In this document: positions 40,734 through 50,533 of the stretch, one piece after another
Layout of the letters: each line of letters begins with the position of its first letter
Numbering within the stretch: the stretch's first letter is position 1
NCBI GenBank assembly: GCA_965233585.1
Contig: CBDDTI010000747.1
Coordinates: 992,001 to 1,056,000 of the forward strand
Direction: 5' to 3'
DNA from: a bacterium
Lineage (GTDB): Bacteria; SAR324; NAC60-12
DNA length: 64,000 nt
Position numbers and translations under genes: made by a program
The notes under the pieces: generated by a model
The model's database searches: none
Told to the model about the DNA's origin: nothing
Seen by the model: only the letters and a program-made list of their open reading frames with translations

Positions 40734-42005
40734 TTATTTCCTTTCTGCAGATGGTGATGCCCATGCAAGCCAAGTAGAAGCTGTCCACGTAAAGTCTTGC
40801 CCTCCCGATGGCTCACCATTTTGGGGCGAAAAATACTCTGCAAATCCATGATTTTGGATCAATGTTGCAGTCTGTGTTCTAATAGTTTCTGCAAAAGCGT
40901 GGTATCCTGCATCTGATAATCCCATAGCAATTAGAGCATTCATAATTCCCCAAATAGGTCCACGCCAATAACGTTTAGCATCAAAGTGAATGCTAGATGG
41001 GTCACAACTAGGAACAACAAATTTTGAGCTTTTCAGAAATCTTTCTAAATGCACCATCATCTCCTCGTGGCGAAGCCCTGCATACCAACATAGAAAAGAA
41101 GCATTAGAAAGGCAATGACTATGAGTTGAACTTCTAAAATCAAAAGCATTGTAAGCCTGTGTTTTGGGATTCCAAAGTTGTTGACAGCCTTCTTCAATTC
41201 TTTTAATCCATTGAATTATAGCGTTTTGTTCTTCTCCTAAGATTTCAGCAATCTTTTTTAAGTCTTTATTGGCTCGGAGCAAAATGAAAGTCAATGTTGG
41301 GTCTGCTACCCAAAAGAACCCATGAGTTCTAATAAAATCTTGATCCCAATCAGCATCTCTAGCTTGATAAAGAATGGTGAGGTATCGGTCATAGTCTAAT
41401 TTTGTAGGACGTGCATCAGCTTCCACATGTTTAATATCTTTTCTCTGGTAATCACCAACATTTGTCTCCTTCACATGACTTAAAGGAATATCCCAGTCAG
41501 GAGAATTATCTCGCCCACTTTCCCAAGGATGTGTCGCAACAATAGCTCCTTGTTCACTTCTGTTATCATCAAACCATTGATGCCAACGTTTCAATTTAGG
41601 AAATAAGGAATAGAGATGAGGCAACCCTAATGAAGGGTCTTGCTGATAAATTTTTAGAGCAAAACTTGCTACCAAAGGAGGTTGGGTGATTCCCGAAGAG
41701 GCAATGCCAGTGGTGACCGTTTGATTTCCTGTTTTCCAAACATCAGGTCCGGGGAAGTATCCATCATCTAACTGATGAAATAAGATATGAGGCACCATTC
41801 CATTTGCCCACTGTCCTTGAAATAAAGTATGGAGTTCCTCCCAAGCTCTTGGAAGATCAAAAGTCGCAAAACCTAAGGCGGCAAAAGCACTATCCCAGTT
41901 CCACTGGTAAGGGTAGAGTCCTGAAGTAGGAATGGTGTAACCACCTTTATCATTTGATTTTAATATTGCCCTTGCTTGTTGGTCTATTGCTTCAGTTTCT
42001 TTCAT
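40734..42005 (-). CDS. GH63/MGH1-like glycoside hydrolase (glucosyl/mannosyl-glycerate hydrolase type)
   Basis: LYPYQWNWDS, GMVPHI, SGITQPP, HPWESGRDNSP.WD, YWRGP.W, F.EYF.P..G, FTWTA. Confidence 0.88.
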   Translation of the reverse strand: MKETEAIDQQARAILKSNDKGGYTIPTSGLYPYQWNWDSAFAALGFATFDLPRAWEELHTLFQGQWANGMVPHILFHQLDDGYFPGPDVWKTGNQTVTTGIASSGITQPPLVASFALKIYQQDPSLGLPHLYSLFPKLKRWHQWFDDNRSEQGAIVATHPWESGRDNSPDWDIPLSHVKETNVGDYQRKDIKHVEADARPTKLDYDRYLTILYQARDADWDQDFIRTHGFFWVADPTLTFILLRANKDLKKIAEILGEEQNAIIQWIKRIEEGCQQLWNPKTQAYNAFDFRSSTHSHCLSNASFLCWYAGLRHEEMMVHLERFLKSSKFVVPSCDPSSIHFDAKRYWRGPIWGIMNALIAMGLSDAGYHAFAETIRTQTATLIQNHGFAEYFSPQNGEPSGGQDFTWTASTWLAWASPSAERK

Positions 42006-42018
42006 TGTTATTATTTTC

Positions 42019-43242
42019 TTATTTGACTGCACCAGCTGCCAAACCTTTCACCATAAATTTTTCCAAAACAAGAAAAATAATAAGTATAGGGATTGTTGCG
42101 ATGACTGCACCAGCCATTAAATGTTGACGCGGTATTTCGGAGCTGTTGAGCATAGCGATTCCTCTCGTCAATGTAAACTTATTGGGGTCATCTAAAAGCA
42201 TAAATGCTAGTAAAAACTCGTTCCATGCAATCATAAAGACATAGAGAGAAACAGATGCGATTGCAGGTAAGCTCAGTGGCAACGTAATTTTTAAAATCAC
42301 TTGTATCCGATTGAGTCCGTCCATTAAGCCTGCTTCTTCTATTTCTGCAGGTATCCCCCTAAAATATCCTTGCAACATATATAAAGCTACTGGAATTGTC
42401 GTGACAGGATAAATCAATAAAATACCAAGCAATGAATTTCTCAGCCCCAATATAGAAAAGCCAATATAAATTGGCAATGCCAAAACAATCATTGGCACAA
42501 GGTAGATCAACAGTATTGAGCGAGAAAGTATTTTTCTTCCCTTGAAACGAAGCCGAGCGACTGCATAAGCTCCTAAAATGCTCACCACTAAAGTTATGAT
42601 GACAGTAGCAGAAGAGACTAAAAAAGATGTAACAAGGTAGTTTCCAAAGTTAAATTCTTCAAATAATTCAAAATACGAGCGAAACAATCCCATTCCTTTT
42701 TCCAACTCCAAACTGAAGTCCAGCGGATTAGCTAACAAAGTTTGTTGGCTTTTAAGGCTGGTCATCATCATGACATAAAACGGAACAGCCACAATCACGA
42801 TAAAAAACAAGTAACCAAAGCCAAGTAAAAACCTAATGACAGTAGATTCAAATTCATGCCTATTCATTTGTCCCATCGACGTTTCTCTGAACATAGAAGT
42901 CAAAGGAACAATGAGAAATATCATCAGCGCCAAAAATGAAACCCACTGAATATCTATTAGCTGAACATTGATTCCAAATGGTCTCATCAATGAAAGCAAA
43001 AGGAAGCTAAGCGAGCTGAATATCCCTAAAATCAACATTTGCCTGACTGGAGAATAATATTTTTTAACAATAAGAGATAGTTCTGCCACGAATGCCCCCG
43101 TACATGCACCTGCTATTAAATCTGGTACAACAGGTTTTCCTGAAACTAATGCCAAAATAGCAGTGATGACAACAGAGCCACACACTCCCCATGTTAAGCC
43201 AATACCTAATGCCAGTAACCAGCCTTGTCTCAAGACTTTCAT
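42019..43242 (-). CDS. Carbohydrate ABC transporter permease (MalG-like, N-terminal extension)
   Basis: IPAEIEEAGLMDG EAA loop, FMIAWNEFL, GLAAGAVK. Confidence 0.92.
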   Translation of the reverse strand: MKVLRQGWLLALGIGLTWGVCGSVVITAILALVSGKPVVPDLIAGACTGAFVAELSLIVKKYYSPVRQMLILGIFSSLSFLLLSLMRPFGINVQLIDIQWVSFLALMIFLIVPLTSMFRETSMGQMNRHEFESTVIRFLLGFGYLFFIVIVAVPFYVMMMTSLKSQQTLLANPLDFSLELEKGMGLFRSYFELFEEFNFGNYLVTSFLVSSATVIITLVVSILGAYAVARLRFKGRKILSRSILLIYLVPMIVLALPIYIGFSILGLRNSLLGILLIYPVTTIPVALYMLQGYFRGIPAEIEEAGLMDGLNRIQVILKITLPLSLPAIASVSLYVFMIAWNEFLLAFMLLDDPNKFTLTRGIAMLNSSEIPRQHLMAGAVIATIPILIIFLVLEKFMVKGLAAGAVK

Positions 43243-44558
43243 AATCCTTCTTCTTGGCTAAATAACTTAAAGAAAAGCAAAGCAAAAACGATGAGACATA
43301 GAAAAATGACGACAGCTACTGCTGCCCCCGCTCCTATGTCTGACAAAGCAAAGGCTTGTTCATAGACATTGACAGTCAAAGTTCTGGTACCTGCATTGCC
43401 CCCAGTCAGTAAGAAAATGTCATCAAACTTGTTAAACGTCCAAATAAAGCGAAGTAGAAATAAAATAGAAAGAATGCCAAATAAATGAGGAATAGAAAGG
43501 TACCAAAACTGCTGAAAAGGGGAGGCCCCATCCATTTTTGCAGCTTCATAAATATCTGAATCTATGGACTGCAACCTTGCTAGAATAAATAAAAATGACA
43601 AAGGGAAGTATCTCCAAATCTCAAAGACCGTCACAGTAATCAACGCTAGAGGTTTCTCACCAAAAAAGTTAATCGCCTCGTCTATTGCCTTCATCTGTAT
43701 TAAAAGAGCATTTGCTGAGCCAGAGAAGGGGTCAAATAAGGTGACCCAAGTTAATGCTACTGCAATGACAGGGGCTACATAAGGAAAGAGAAGTAACCCC
43801 CGCAAACAGCCCCTTCCTCTAAAACTGACGTTGAGAAGCAGTGCTGCCATACATCCAACAACGATTGCTCCAATAGTACCAAAAACTGTATAAAAAAACG
43901 TAATTCCCAAAGTAGAGATAAATTCACTACTATTAAAAAACTTTGTAAAATTTTTGAAGGTAAACTCAGCATTCCAAAGACTAGAATTAGACTCTCCTAG
44001 TATGGTTGGTACAGAATCTTTAATGTTCTGACCTTGATCTAAAAAAATTTGCTGAACTACAACAGGAATCTTTAGTTTTTCCTTGTAACCGGGCTTCCAA
44101 GTTCCAAATGAGCAAAAAAGAACTCTTGAATCTAGCTTGCATCTTCTGTCTAGTGCCTGAACTTCCAAGCCTCGTGGAATGATGTCTGACAGAGTGACAT
44201 TGTAAATCGCTTTTTTTTGAGATGAATTACTGAGGCGATACTCTATGTTCACATCATCGCCTTCTTTTTTAGCCTGACCTTTCATACGTTCATACACTTT
44301 GGGAGAAACAGTGCGTAAGTCAGCCAATTCAATGGGCTTTAAGCTGATCCAAAAAATAGCCAGCAATGGAAGAGCGACCACCAGTGCGACGCTGAGTAAG
44401 GTGGGAAAAAGCAGTCTCCATGCTAATAGAGTTTCTCGTTTTTGCAGAAGACTGATTTCTGTAGGGGGGAGAGTTTGTTCAACATGATGGGTAGAATTAA
44501 GGCTATTCACATCGGTAGAGCCACCCAAAGTATTCATGTTGAACAAATTCCAGAGCAA
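43239..44558 (-). CDS. Carbohydrate ABC transporter permease (MalF-like)
   Basis: LQSID..IYEAA.MDGAS, FIWTFNKFDD; start uncertain. Confidence 0.92.
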   Translation of the reverse strand: MLWNLFNMNTLGGSTDVNSLNSTHHVEQTLPPTEISLLQKRETLLAWRLLFPTLLSVALVVALPLLAIFWISLKPIELADLRTVSPKVYERMKGQAKKEGDDVNIEYRLSNSSQKKAIYNVTLSDIIPRGLEVQALDRRCKLDSRVLFCSFGTWKPGYKEKLKIPVVVQQIFLDQGQNIKDSVPTILGESNSSLWNAEFTFKNFTKFFNSSEFISTLGITFFYTVFGTIGAIVVGCMAALLLNVSFRGRGCLRGLLLFPYVAPVIAVALTWVTLFDPFSGSANALLIQMKAIDEAINFFGEKPLALITVTVFEIWRYFPLSFLFILARLQSIDSDIYEAAKMDGASPFQQFWYLSIPHLFGILSILFLLRFIWTFNKFDDIFLLTGGNAGTRTLTVNVYEQAFALSDIGAGAAVAVVIFLCLIVFALLFFKLFSQEEGL

Positions 44559-44604
44559 AGGATTAGGAAATAAATTAAATCATAGTGAGACTATGGAGAG
44601 ATGA

Positions 44605-45960
44605 CTACAATTTGCCTAATTCATCATTTAGCTTATCCACTGTTTGAGTGGCAGAACGTACGCCATCCATATATTCTCTGACTAAACGGTTAATGACTTG
44701 ACTATTGATGATCTTAGATGCCAAAGAAAGTTGTCTTTCTGAGACTCCCCAACGTTTTGCAGTGTCTAAACCATCTACAATCTCATTGATCATCTCACTA
44801 GCGTAAAGCTCTGAAAGTGGTGCTTTACGGTCTACACCTACGGGCAAAGTTGCCCATGCTTTAACAAACTTTTCGGGGTCTTCAGCATCTCCACGACGGA
44901 CTGGAAATTTACCTTCTGGGGCAATGGAAAGCGTTTGCATGTAACCTTCATCCATAGAATATTTGACAAATGCCATCGCACTGTCAATATCTGCATCTGC
45001 AGTAATCCCAAAATAACGGACATCTCCCCAAGCTGCTCCATTTGGATTAGAAGGTCCTGACAGACGGGTCACAATACTTGTCTTAGAAGCAAGTTCTCGG
45101 CTAGTTGGGTCATCATTTATCGTAGGTGGAGCACTGTCTCGCAAACCAGCAAGTTCATCTAAAATGAAAGGAGACCATATAATCATTGCTGCTCTACCAG
45201 CAAAATAAAGTTCACGCGACTGCTTCCAATACAATTCTCCTTTAGGGGAAGAATCAGTTAATGCCTTGTAGAATTTGAGAACCTCCATCGTTTTTTTCTG
45301 ATCAAGAACTTTAAAACCGTTGTCATCTACGGGGGAAACTCCGTTGGCTAAAAAGACATGTTCTAACACTTGACTCATAAAATTCTCATCAATTTTAGTG
45401 GCAGCAACAAACCCAAAAATTTCAGGAGGATTGTGTAATTTTCTCAAAGCAGCTTGTATGTTTTCATAGCTATTTGGAGAATCAAGCCCATATTTGTCAA
45501 ATAAATCTTTACGATAGACAATCATCTGAGTCCATCCATCAACAGGAACAGAAGCATAACCATCATCTACCGAAGACATATTCAAAGCACCCGGTGCAAA
45601 AGTCTCCATTCCAAGTTCATCAATGATTTCAGTTGCCGCATCTACATCTAAAATGCCAGCCTCAGCCCAAGGTAGTGCATATTGTAGGGGGTGGTAAATC
45701 ACATCGGGTAAATCTCCTGCAGAAAAAGCTGCCGTAGCTCTAGTCCCTAAATCAGACTCTGAGACGGGAGTGACTTTGACTTGAATCCCTGTCTTTCTTT
45801 CAAAATCTGCTGCCATCTTTTCCTGTTTTGCCAACCTTGCTGGTTGCTCTTCTGTTGTCCAAAAACGGATAGAGTCAGCATGGACAGACTCCAAACCAGT
45901 TAATGCCACACCACCTGCCAATAAAGCATAGACACTTTTTTTCCAAAACTTTGTAACCAT
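44605..45960 (-). CDS. Carbohydrate ABC transporter substrate-binding protein
   Basis: Signal peptide, IRFWTTE, AGDLPDV, YRKDLF; first gene of the ABC operon. Confidence 0.92.
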   Translation of the reverse strand: MVTKFWKKSVYALLAGGVALTGLESVHADSIRFWTTEEQPARLAKQEKMAADFERKTGIQVKVTPVSESDLGTRATAAFSAGDLPDVIYHPLQYALPWAEAGILDVDAATEIIDELGMETFAPGALNMSSVDDGYASVPVDGWTQMIVYRKDLFDKYGLDSPNSYENIQAALRKLHNPPEIFGFVAATKIDENFMSQVLEHVFLANGVSPVDDNGFKVLDQKKTMEVLKFYKALTDSSPKGELYWKQSRELYFAGRAAMIIWSPFILDELAGLRDSAPPTINDDPTSRELASKTSIVTRLSGPSNPNGAAWGDVRYFGITADADIDSAMAFVKYSMDEGYMQTLSIAPEGKFPVRRGDAEDPEKFVKAWATLPVGVDRKAPLSELYASEMINEIVDGLDTAKRWGVSERQLSLASKIINSQVINRLVREYMDGVRSATQTVDKLNDELGKL

Positions 45961-46199
45961 CGTTTAACGATCTCCAAATTAAAAATTATTAATACTCAAG
46001 AATAAGCTCGCAAGTGTACTGACAAAAAGAAATGATGTCAAGATTTTTTGAAAAAGACCAGAGAAAGGGGCTGGATTTGATTTAAAGAATGGAGAGAACA
46101 CCTTAAAAAATCATCAAATTCATGCTACACTACGTGTCTCAAAAATTGCTCATCATTCATCTTATCTCGCTCTAGGAAAACTCAACTTCATTAGTAACT

Positions 46200-49100
46200 A
46201 TGTTTCAATTTGCTCATCTACACCTTCACACTGAGTACAGTCTGCTAGAAAGCACGATTCGGATCAAAGAATTAGCATATCGTTTAAAAGAATTAGATTA
46301 TTCTCATTGTGCCATCACTGATAGTGGCAACATGTTTGGCGCCATAGAATTTCACCATGAATTACGAAAATTGGATATTGTTCCAATTATAGGTATGTCT
46401 GCTTATGTTGTCTCTGATTTATCAAAAATTGAAGGAGGAACACATCAATATCAAACCTTATTCTTGTGTCAAAACAAAGAGGGATATAAAAATCTAACTT
46501 ATCTTGCAAGCAAAGGATACACAGAAGGCAAGATTGATGGAATCCCACACATAGATCATGCTTTGATTGAAAAACATCATTCGGGATTGATTGTGCTCAG
46601 TGGAGGCATCAATGGAGAGGTGGGGACAAGACTCAATCACAACCAAAAAGATGAAGCGTATCGTATTGCATCTTGGTATAAAGATGTCTTTTCTGGCAGA
46701 TACTATATTGAATTGCAGTCAACAGGATTAGGTGATGAGCAACGAATCAATGAATTATCTATGACTCTTGCTCAACAATTAGACTTACCTTTAGTGGGTG
46801 CAAATCATTGTCTTTATCTTTCGCAGGAAGACGCTGAGGCTCACTACATTTTTCAGTTGTATGGTTTACAAAAGAAGATTACGGACGTTGATGCCCCAAA
46901 ACAGCCCCCCAATCATGCTTATCTCAAATCTCTACTTGAGATGCAAGAAGTGTTTCAAGACAATCATTTGCCCCAAGAAGCCTTGACCAATACAATGGTG
47001 ATTGCAGAACAATGCAATTTAGAACTCTATAACTCTACACATTATTTACCTAAATACGTCCCACCTCCAAATCACACACTGGCATCATGGTTTGAGCATG
47101 CGTCCAAAGAAGGCTTAAACCAAAGGTTAGACACTCTTTATCAGCAATATCAGCCTAGCGAAGACTTTCAAACCTTTCGTCTCCAATATGATGAAAGGTT
47201 AGATTTTGAGTTAAGTGTCATTAATCAAATGAACTATGCAGGATATTTTTTGATTGTTGCCGATTTTATTAACTGGGCTAAAGACCATGATGTTTGCGTA
47301 GGACCAGGTCGGGGGTCTGGTGCTGGTTCAATTATTGCCTATGCTTTGAAAATTACAGATGTTGATCCGTTAAAATATGGGCTTTTGTTTGAACGTTTTC
47401 TGAATCCTGAACGTGTCAGTTTGCCCGATTTTGATATTGATTTTGATGGAGCAGGCAGAGAACGTGTCATTCAATATGTCAAAGATAAATACGGGCAGGA
47501 AAACGTCTGTCAAATTTCTACTTTCCAATCACTTGGAGCCAAGGCAGTGTTAAGAAGCGTGTGCCGTGTTCTGGGGTTTCCTTATAAAAAAGGAGATGAA
47601 ATTTCAAAATTAGTCCCTAATAAACAACCAGCACCTAGTTTGAGCGAGGCTATTCAACAAGAAGTTGAATTAAAAAGGTTACTCAATTCTGGTGAAGAAG
47701 AAGAAAAACGTCTAATGAATCTCGCCTTAAAGTTAGAGGGGTTAAAAACTCATTTGGGAACTCATGCTGCTGGAATTATTATTATGGATTCTCCTGTCAG
47801 TGACGTCATGCCTGTTTGCACAGGAAAAGAAGGTGACATGCAGTCCATGTTTACCATGTCACATGTAGAAGATCAGGGAGGGGTTAAATTTGATTTTTTA
47901 GGCTTACAAAATTTGATCATCATTAAAGACACCGTGGATCTCATTCAATCTAATCACCACCAAAATCTTGACATAGATGCCATTTCTCTAAATGATACCA
48001 AAACTTTTGAACTGCTTAGTCGGGGGGAAACAACTGGAATTTTTCAACTGGAATCTCAAGGGAATCAGAAACTTTTGACCTCAATGAAGCCATCATCTTT
48101 TGAAGATATAGTGGCAACTATTGCCCTTTATCGTCCCGGTCCGCTGAAATCTGGTATGGTAGATACATTTGTTGAATGCAAACATGGTAGAAAAAAAATT
48201 GTTTACTTACACCCCTTACTTGAACCAATTCTATCGGAAACTTATGGTGTTATGGTTTATCAGGAACAGGTGATGCAGTCTGCTCAAAATCTTGCTTTAT
48301 TTTCTCTTAGTCAAGCTGATTTATTGCGGAGAGCTATGGGGAAAAAGAAACCTGAAGAACTAGCAAAGCAGAGGGAAAACTTTGTCAATGGCTGCCTAAA
48401 AAACACTGAATTTATCAATCTATGTCAAGAAGAAGATCATCAAAAAATTGCAAATACTATTTTTGAAAATATTGATCATTTTTCAGGTTATGGATTCAAT
48501 AAATCTCATACTGTTGCTTATGGGTTAATCGCATACCAAACCGCATATCTCAAAGCTCATTATCCTATACAATTCATTACAACATGGCTAAATTGTTCAA
48601 TTGGAAATTCTGATAAATTACTACATTTTATCCAAGAAGCTCACAACATGGGGGTTCAAATTCTTCCCCCAGATGTTAATTTTAGTTTTCAAAATTTTAG
48701 CATCTCTACTATTGGCTACCAAATAACAGAAGACACTCTTCAAAAATTGCAAGAATTATTTCAAGACAATCACATCATACTTCAATTACAAGACCTCAAA
48801 AATCAAGAATTTACAGAATTAGAACATTTTTTGGAGAGTTTGAAAAACTGTTTAGAAGAAGATTTTGAAAAATATAAAGAAGTTCTTTTATCTCTGTCTC
48901 AAAAACAGGCTGTTAGATTCGGTTTACATGGCATCAAAGAATTAAGTAAACATGCTGTGGAGTCCATCATAGAAACAAGAACGAAGCAAGACAATCAAAC
49001 TTTTAAAGACTTCATTGATTTTTTTAAATTTACAAATTTATCAAACTTTAGCAAAAAAGCTTTAACGACATTAGTGCAGTGTGGTGGCTTTGATTCTATC

Positions 49101-49940
49101 AATCCTAACCGAGCTTTATTATTAGAAGTGTTAGAACAAGCTTATTTCTTAGGAAGTTCTTATCAAAAAGAAATGATTCCAGACCAAAATTCTTTATTTG
49201 ATCTTTTGTCTAACGATGAATTGAAGAAAGCAGAGGTGAGTTTAGAGTATCCAGATATTAAACCATGGAACTATAAAAAATTACTGGCTATTGAAAAAAC
49301 AAATTTAGGATTTTATATTTCAGGGCATCCGTTGAATCATTGTTTGTCAGAAATTAAATCATTCGGGGTCTGTATCAATTCTGTTCAGGATTATATCAAC
49401 AAAGAGAGTTTTTACATCATTGGAATGATTAGTCATAAAATGATCAAGATGGATAGAAATATGAATCATTTTGCTATGATCACACTAGAAGATTTAACTG
49501 GCAGTATTAATATTTCTATACGTGGCAAAGTTTATGATGAGTATCAAGATAATTTAGTAGAAGACGAACCTATCATTATTAAAACAAAATATAACCAATT
49601 TGTTTCAAAGTCTGATGAAAAAGAATCTGAACAAACTATCAATTTTTTTAACATAGAAGAAATCTATCTATTAGATCAATTTAGAGAACAGCATGTTAAA
49701 TCAATTCATTTATCACTTAATTTTAATCAAGATTTACAAGGCAGAAGTTTAGAACAACTTCAATCTTTACCTCAAATACATTCAGGTCAAACTCCCATCA
49801 CCATTCATCTATCAGATTCATTAAACAATCAGGTGTCAATTCAACTTAAAGAAAAAGTGAACTTATCACCACAACTAATTCAAGATTTGCAAGAAAATCT
49901 GAAGAATTTTCAAATTGATTATTCTTATCCAATAAATTAA
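46200..49940 (+). CDS. dnaE: DNA polymerase III alpha subunit
   Basis: HLHLHTEYSLL PHP domain, GPGRGSGAGS, FERFLNPER, PDFDIDF, KFDFLGL, YGFNKSH, LGFYISGHPL. Confidence 0.97.
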   Translation: MFQFAHLHLHTEYSLLESTIRIKELAYRLKELDYSHCAITDSGNMFGAIEFHHELRKLDIVPIIGMSAYVVSDLSKIEGGTHQYQTLFLCQNKEGYKNLTYLASKGYTEGKIDGIPHIDHALIEKHHSGLIVLSGGINGEVGTRLNHNQKDEAYRIASWYKDVFSGRYYIELQSTGLGDEQRINELSMTLAQQLDLPLVGANHCLYLSQEDAEAHYIFQLYGLQKKITDVDAPKQPPNHAYLKSLLEMQEVFQDNHLPQEALTNTMVIAEQCNLELYNSTHYLPKYVPPPNHTLASWFEHASKEGLNQRLDTLYQQYQPSEDFQTFRLQYDERLDFELSVINQMNYAGYFLIVADFINWAKDHDVCVGPGRGSGAGSIIAYALKITDVDPLKYGLLFERFLNPERVSLPDFDIDFDGAGRERVIQYVKDKYGQENVCQISTFQSLGAKAVLRSVCRVLGFPYKKGDEISKLVPNKQPAPSLSEAIQQEVELKRLLNSGEEEEKRLMNLALKLEGLKTHLGTHAAGIIIMDSPVSDVMPVCTGKEGDMQSMFTMSHVEDQGGVKFDFLGLQNLIIIKDTVDLIQSNHHQNLDIDAISLNDTKTFELLSRGETTGIFQLESQGNQKLLTSMKPSSFEDIVATIALYRPGPLKSGMVDTFVECKHGRKKIVYLHPLLEPILSETYGVMVYQEQVMQSAQNLALFSLSQADLLRRAMGKKKPEELAKQRENFVNGCLKNTEFINLCQEEDHQKIANTIFENIDHFSGYGFNKSHTVAYGLIAYQTAYLKAHYPIQFITTWLNCSIGNSDKLLHFIQEAHNMGVQILPPDVNFSFQNFSISTIGYQITEDTLQKLQELFQDNHIILQLQDLKNQEFTELEHFLESLKNCLEEDFEKYKEVLLSLSQKQAVRFGLHGIKELSKHAVESIIETRTKQDNQTFKDFIDFFKFTNLSNFSKKALTTLVQCGGFDSINPNRALLLEVLEQAYFLGSSYQKEMIPDQNSLFDLLSNDELKKAEVSLEYPDIKPWNYKKLLAIEKTNLGFYISGHPLNHCLSEIKSFGVCINSVQDYINKESFYIIGMISHKMIKMDRNMNHFAMITLEDLTGSINISIRGKVYDEYQDNLVEDEPIIIKTKYNQFVSKSDEKESEQTINFFNIEEIYLLDQFREQHVKSIHLSLNFNQDLQGRSLEQLQSLPQIHSGQTPITIHLSDSLNNQVSIQLKEKVNLSPQLIQDLQENLKNFQIDYSYPIN

Positions 49941-50533
49941 AGCCTGATAATTTGTACTTGGTCTATGAATCCAAGATTTTCCAAGTTTTTTGATAATTTC
50001 TCTGATTCATCTTTAGTTGTTTTTCCTACCCTCACTCTGTAAAGAGTTCTTTGATCTGTGGAAATATATGTATGTAAATAAGCATCATTAAATCCATGGT
50101 TTTTTAAATTATTTAATAACTCATTTGCTCTTGATCTACTAGATGAAGTAAAGACTTGGACTGTATAATTGCCTCTTACTCTTTGTGGCATTTTTACAGA
50201 TTTAGGTTTTTTGATTTTCGCTTGATTGACCTTTTGAGGTTTTTGATTTTTTTCTTCTTTTTGTAAATCTTTTGTATTTTTTTGTAATTTTTCTAAATGT
50301 TCCTGATCAAAGACAAATGAATCAGTTTGTTGATTAGAAGTATTATTTAAAAAATTTAATTCTTCAGGCTTAACTGTAATAGATTGCTGATTAATAATTT
50401 TTTGAGATTCTGGTATAGAAGCAAAATCTTTCCCTGATAGAATCCCTAAAATAAAGCTAATGATTAAAGAGGTTATTGATAAAAAGAATACAATGAACAA
50501 CTGGAATTTTGTTAAATTAACTTGATAATTCAT
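49937..50533 (-). CDS. SPOR-domain protein
   Basis: N-terminal TM; C-terminal YTVQV...A..L...L...G...LYRVRVG. Confidence 0.85.
   Translation of the reverse strand: MNYQVNLTKFQLFIVFFLSITSLIISFILGILSGKDFASIPESQKIINQQSITVKPEELNFLNNTSNQQTDSFVFDQEHLEKLQKNTKDLQKEEKNQKPQKVNQAKIKKPKSVKMPQRVRGNYTVQVFTSSSRSRANELLNNLKNHGFNDAYLHTYISTDQRTLYRVRVGKTTKDESEKLSKNLENLGFIDQVQIIRL

Noticed and set aside
48714..48905. Intein in DnaE
   Set aside because: Too short, no C-terminal His-Asn followed by Cys/Ser/Thr, no splicing motifs.
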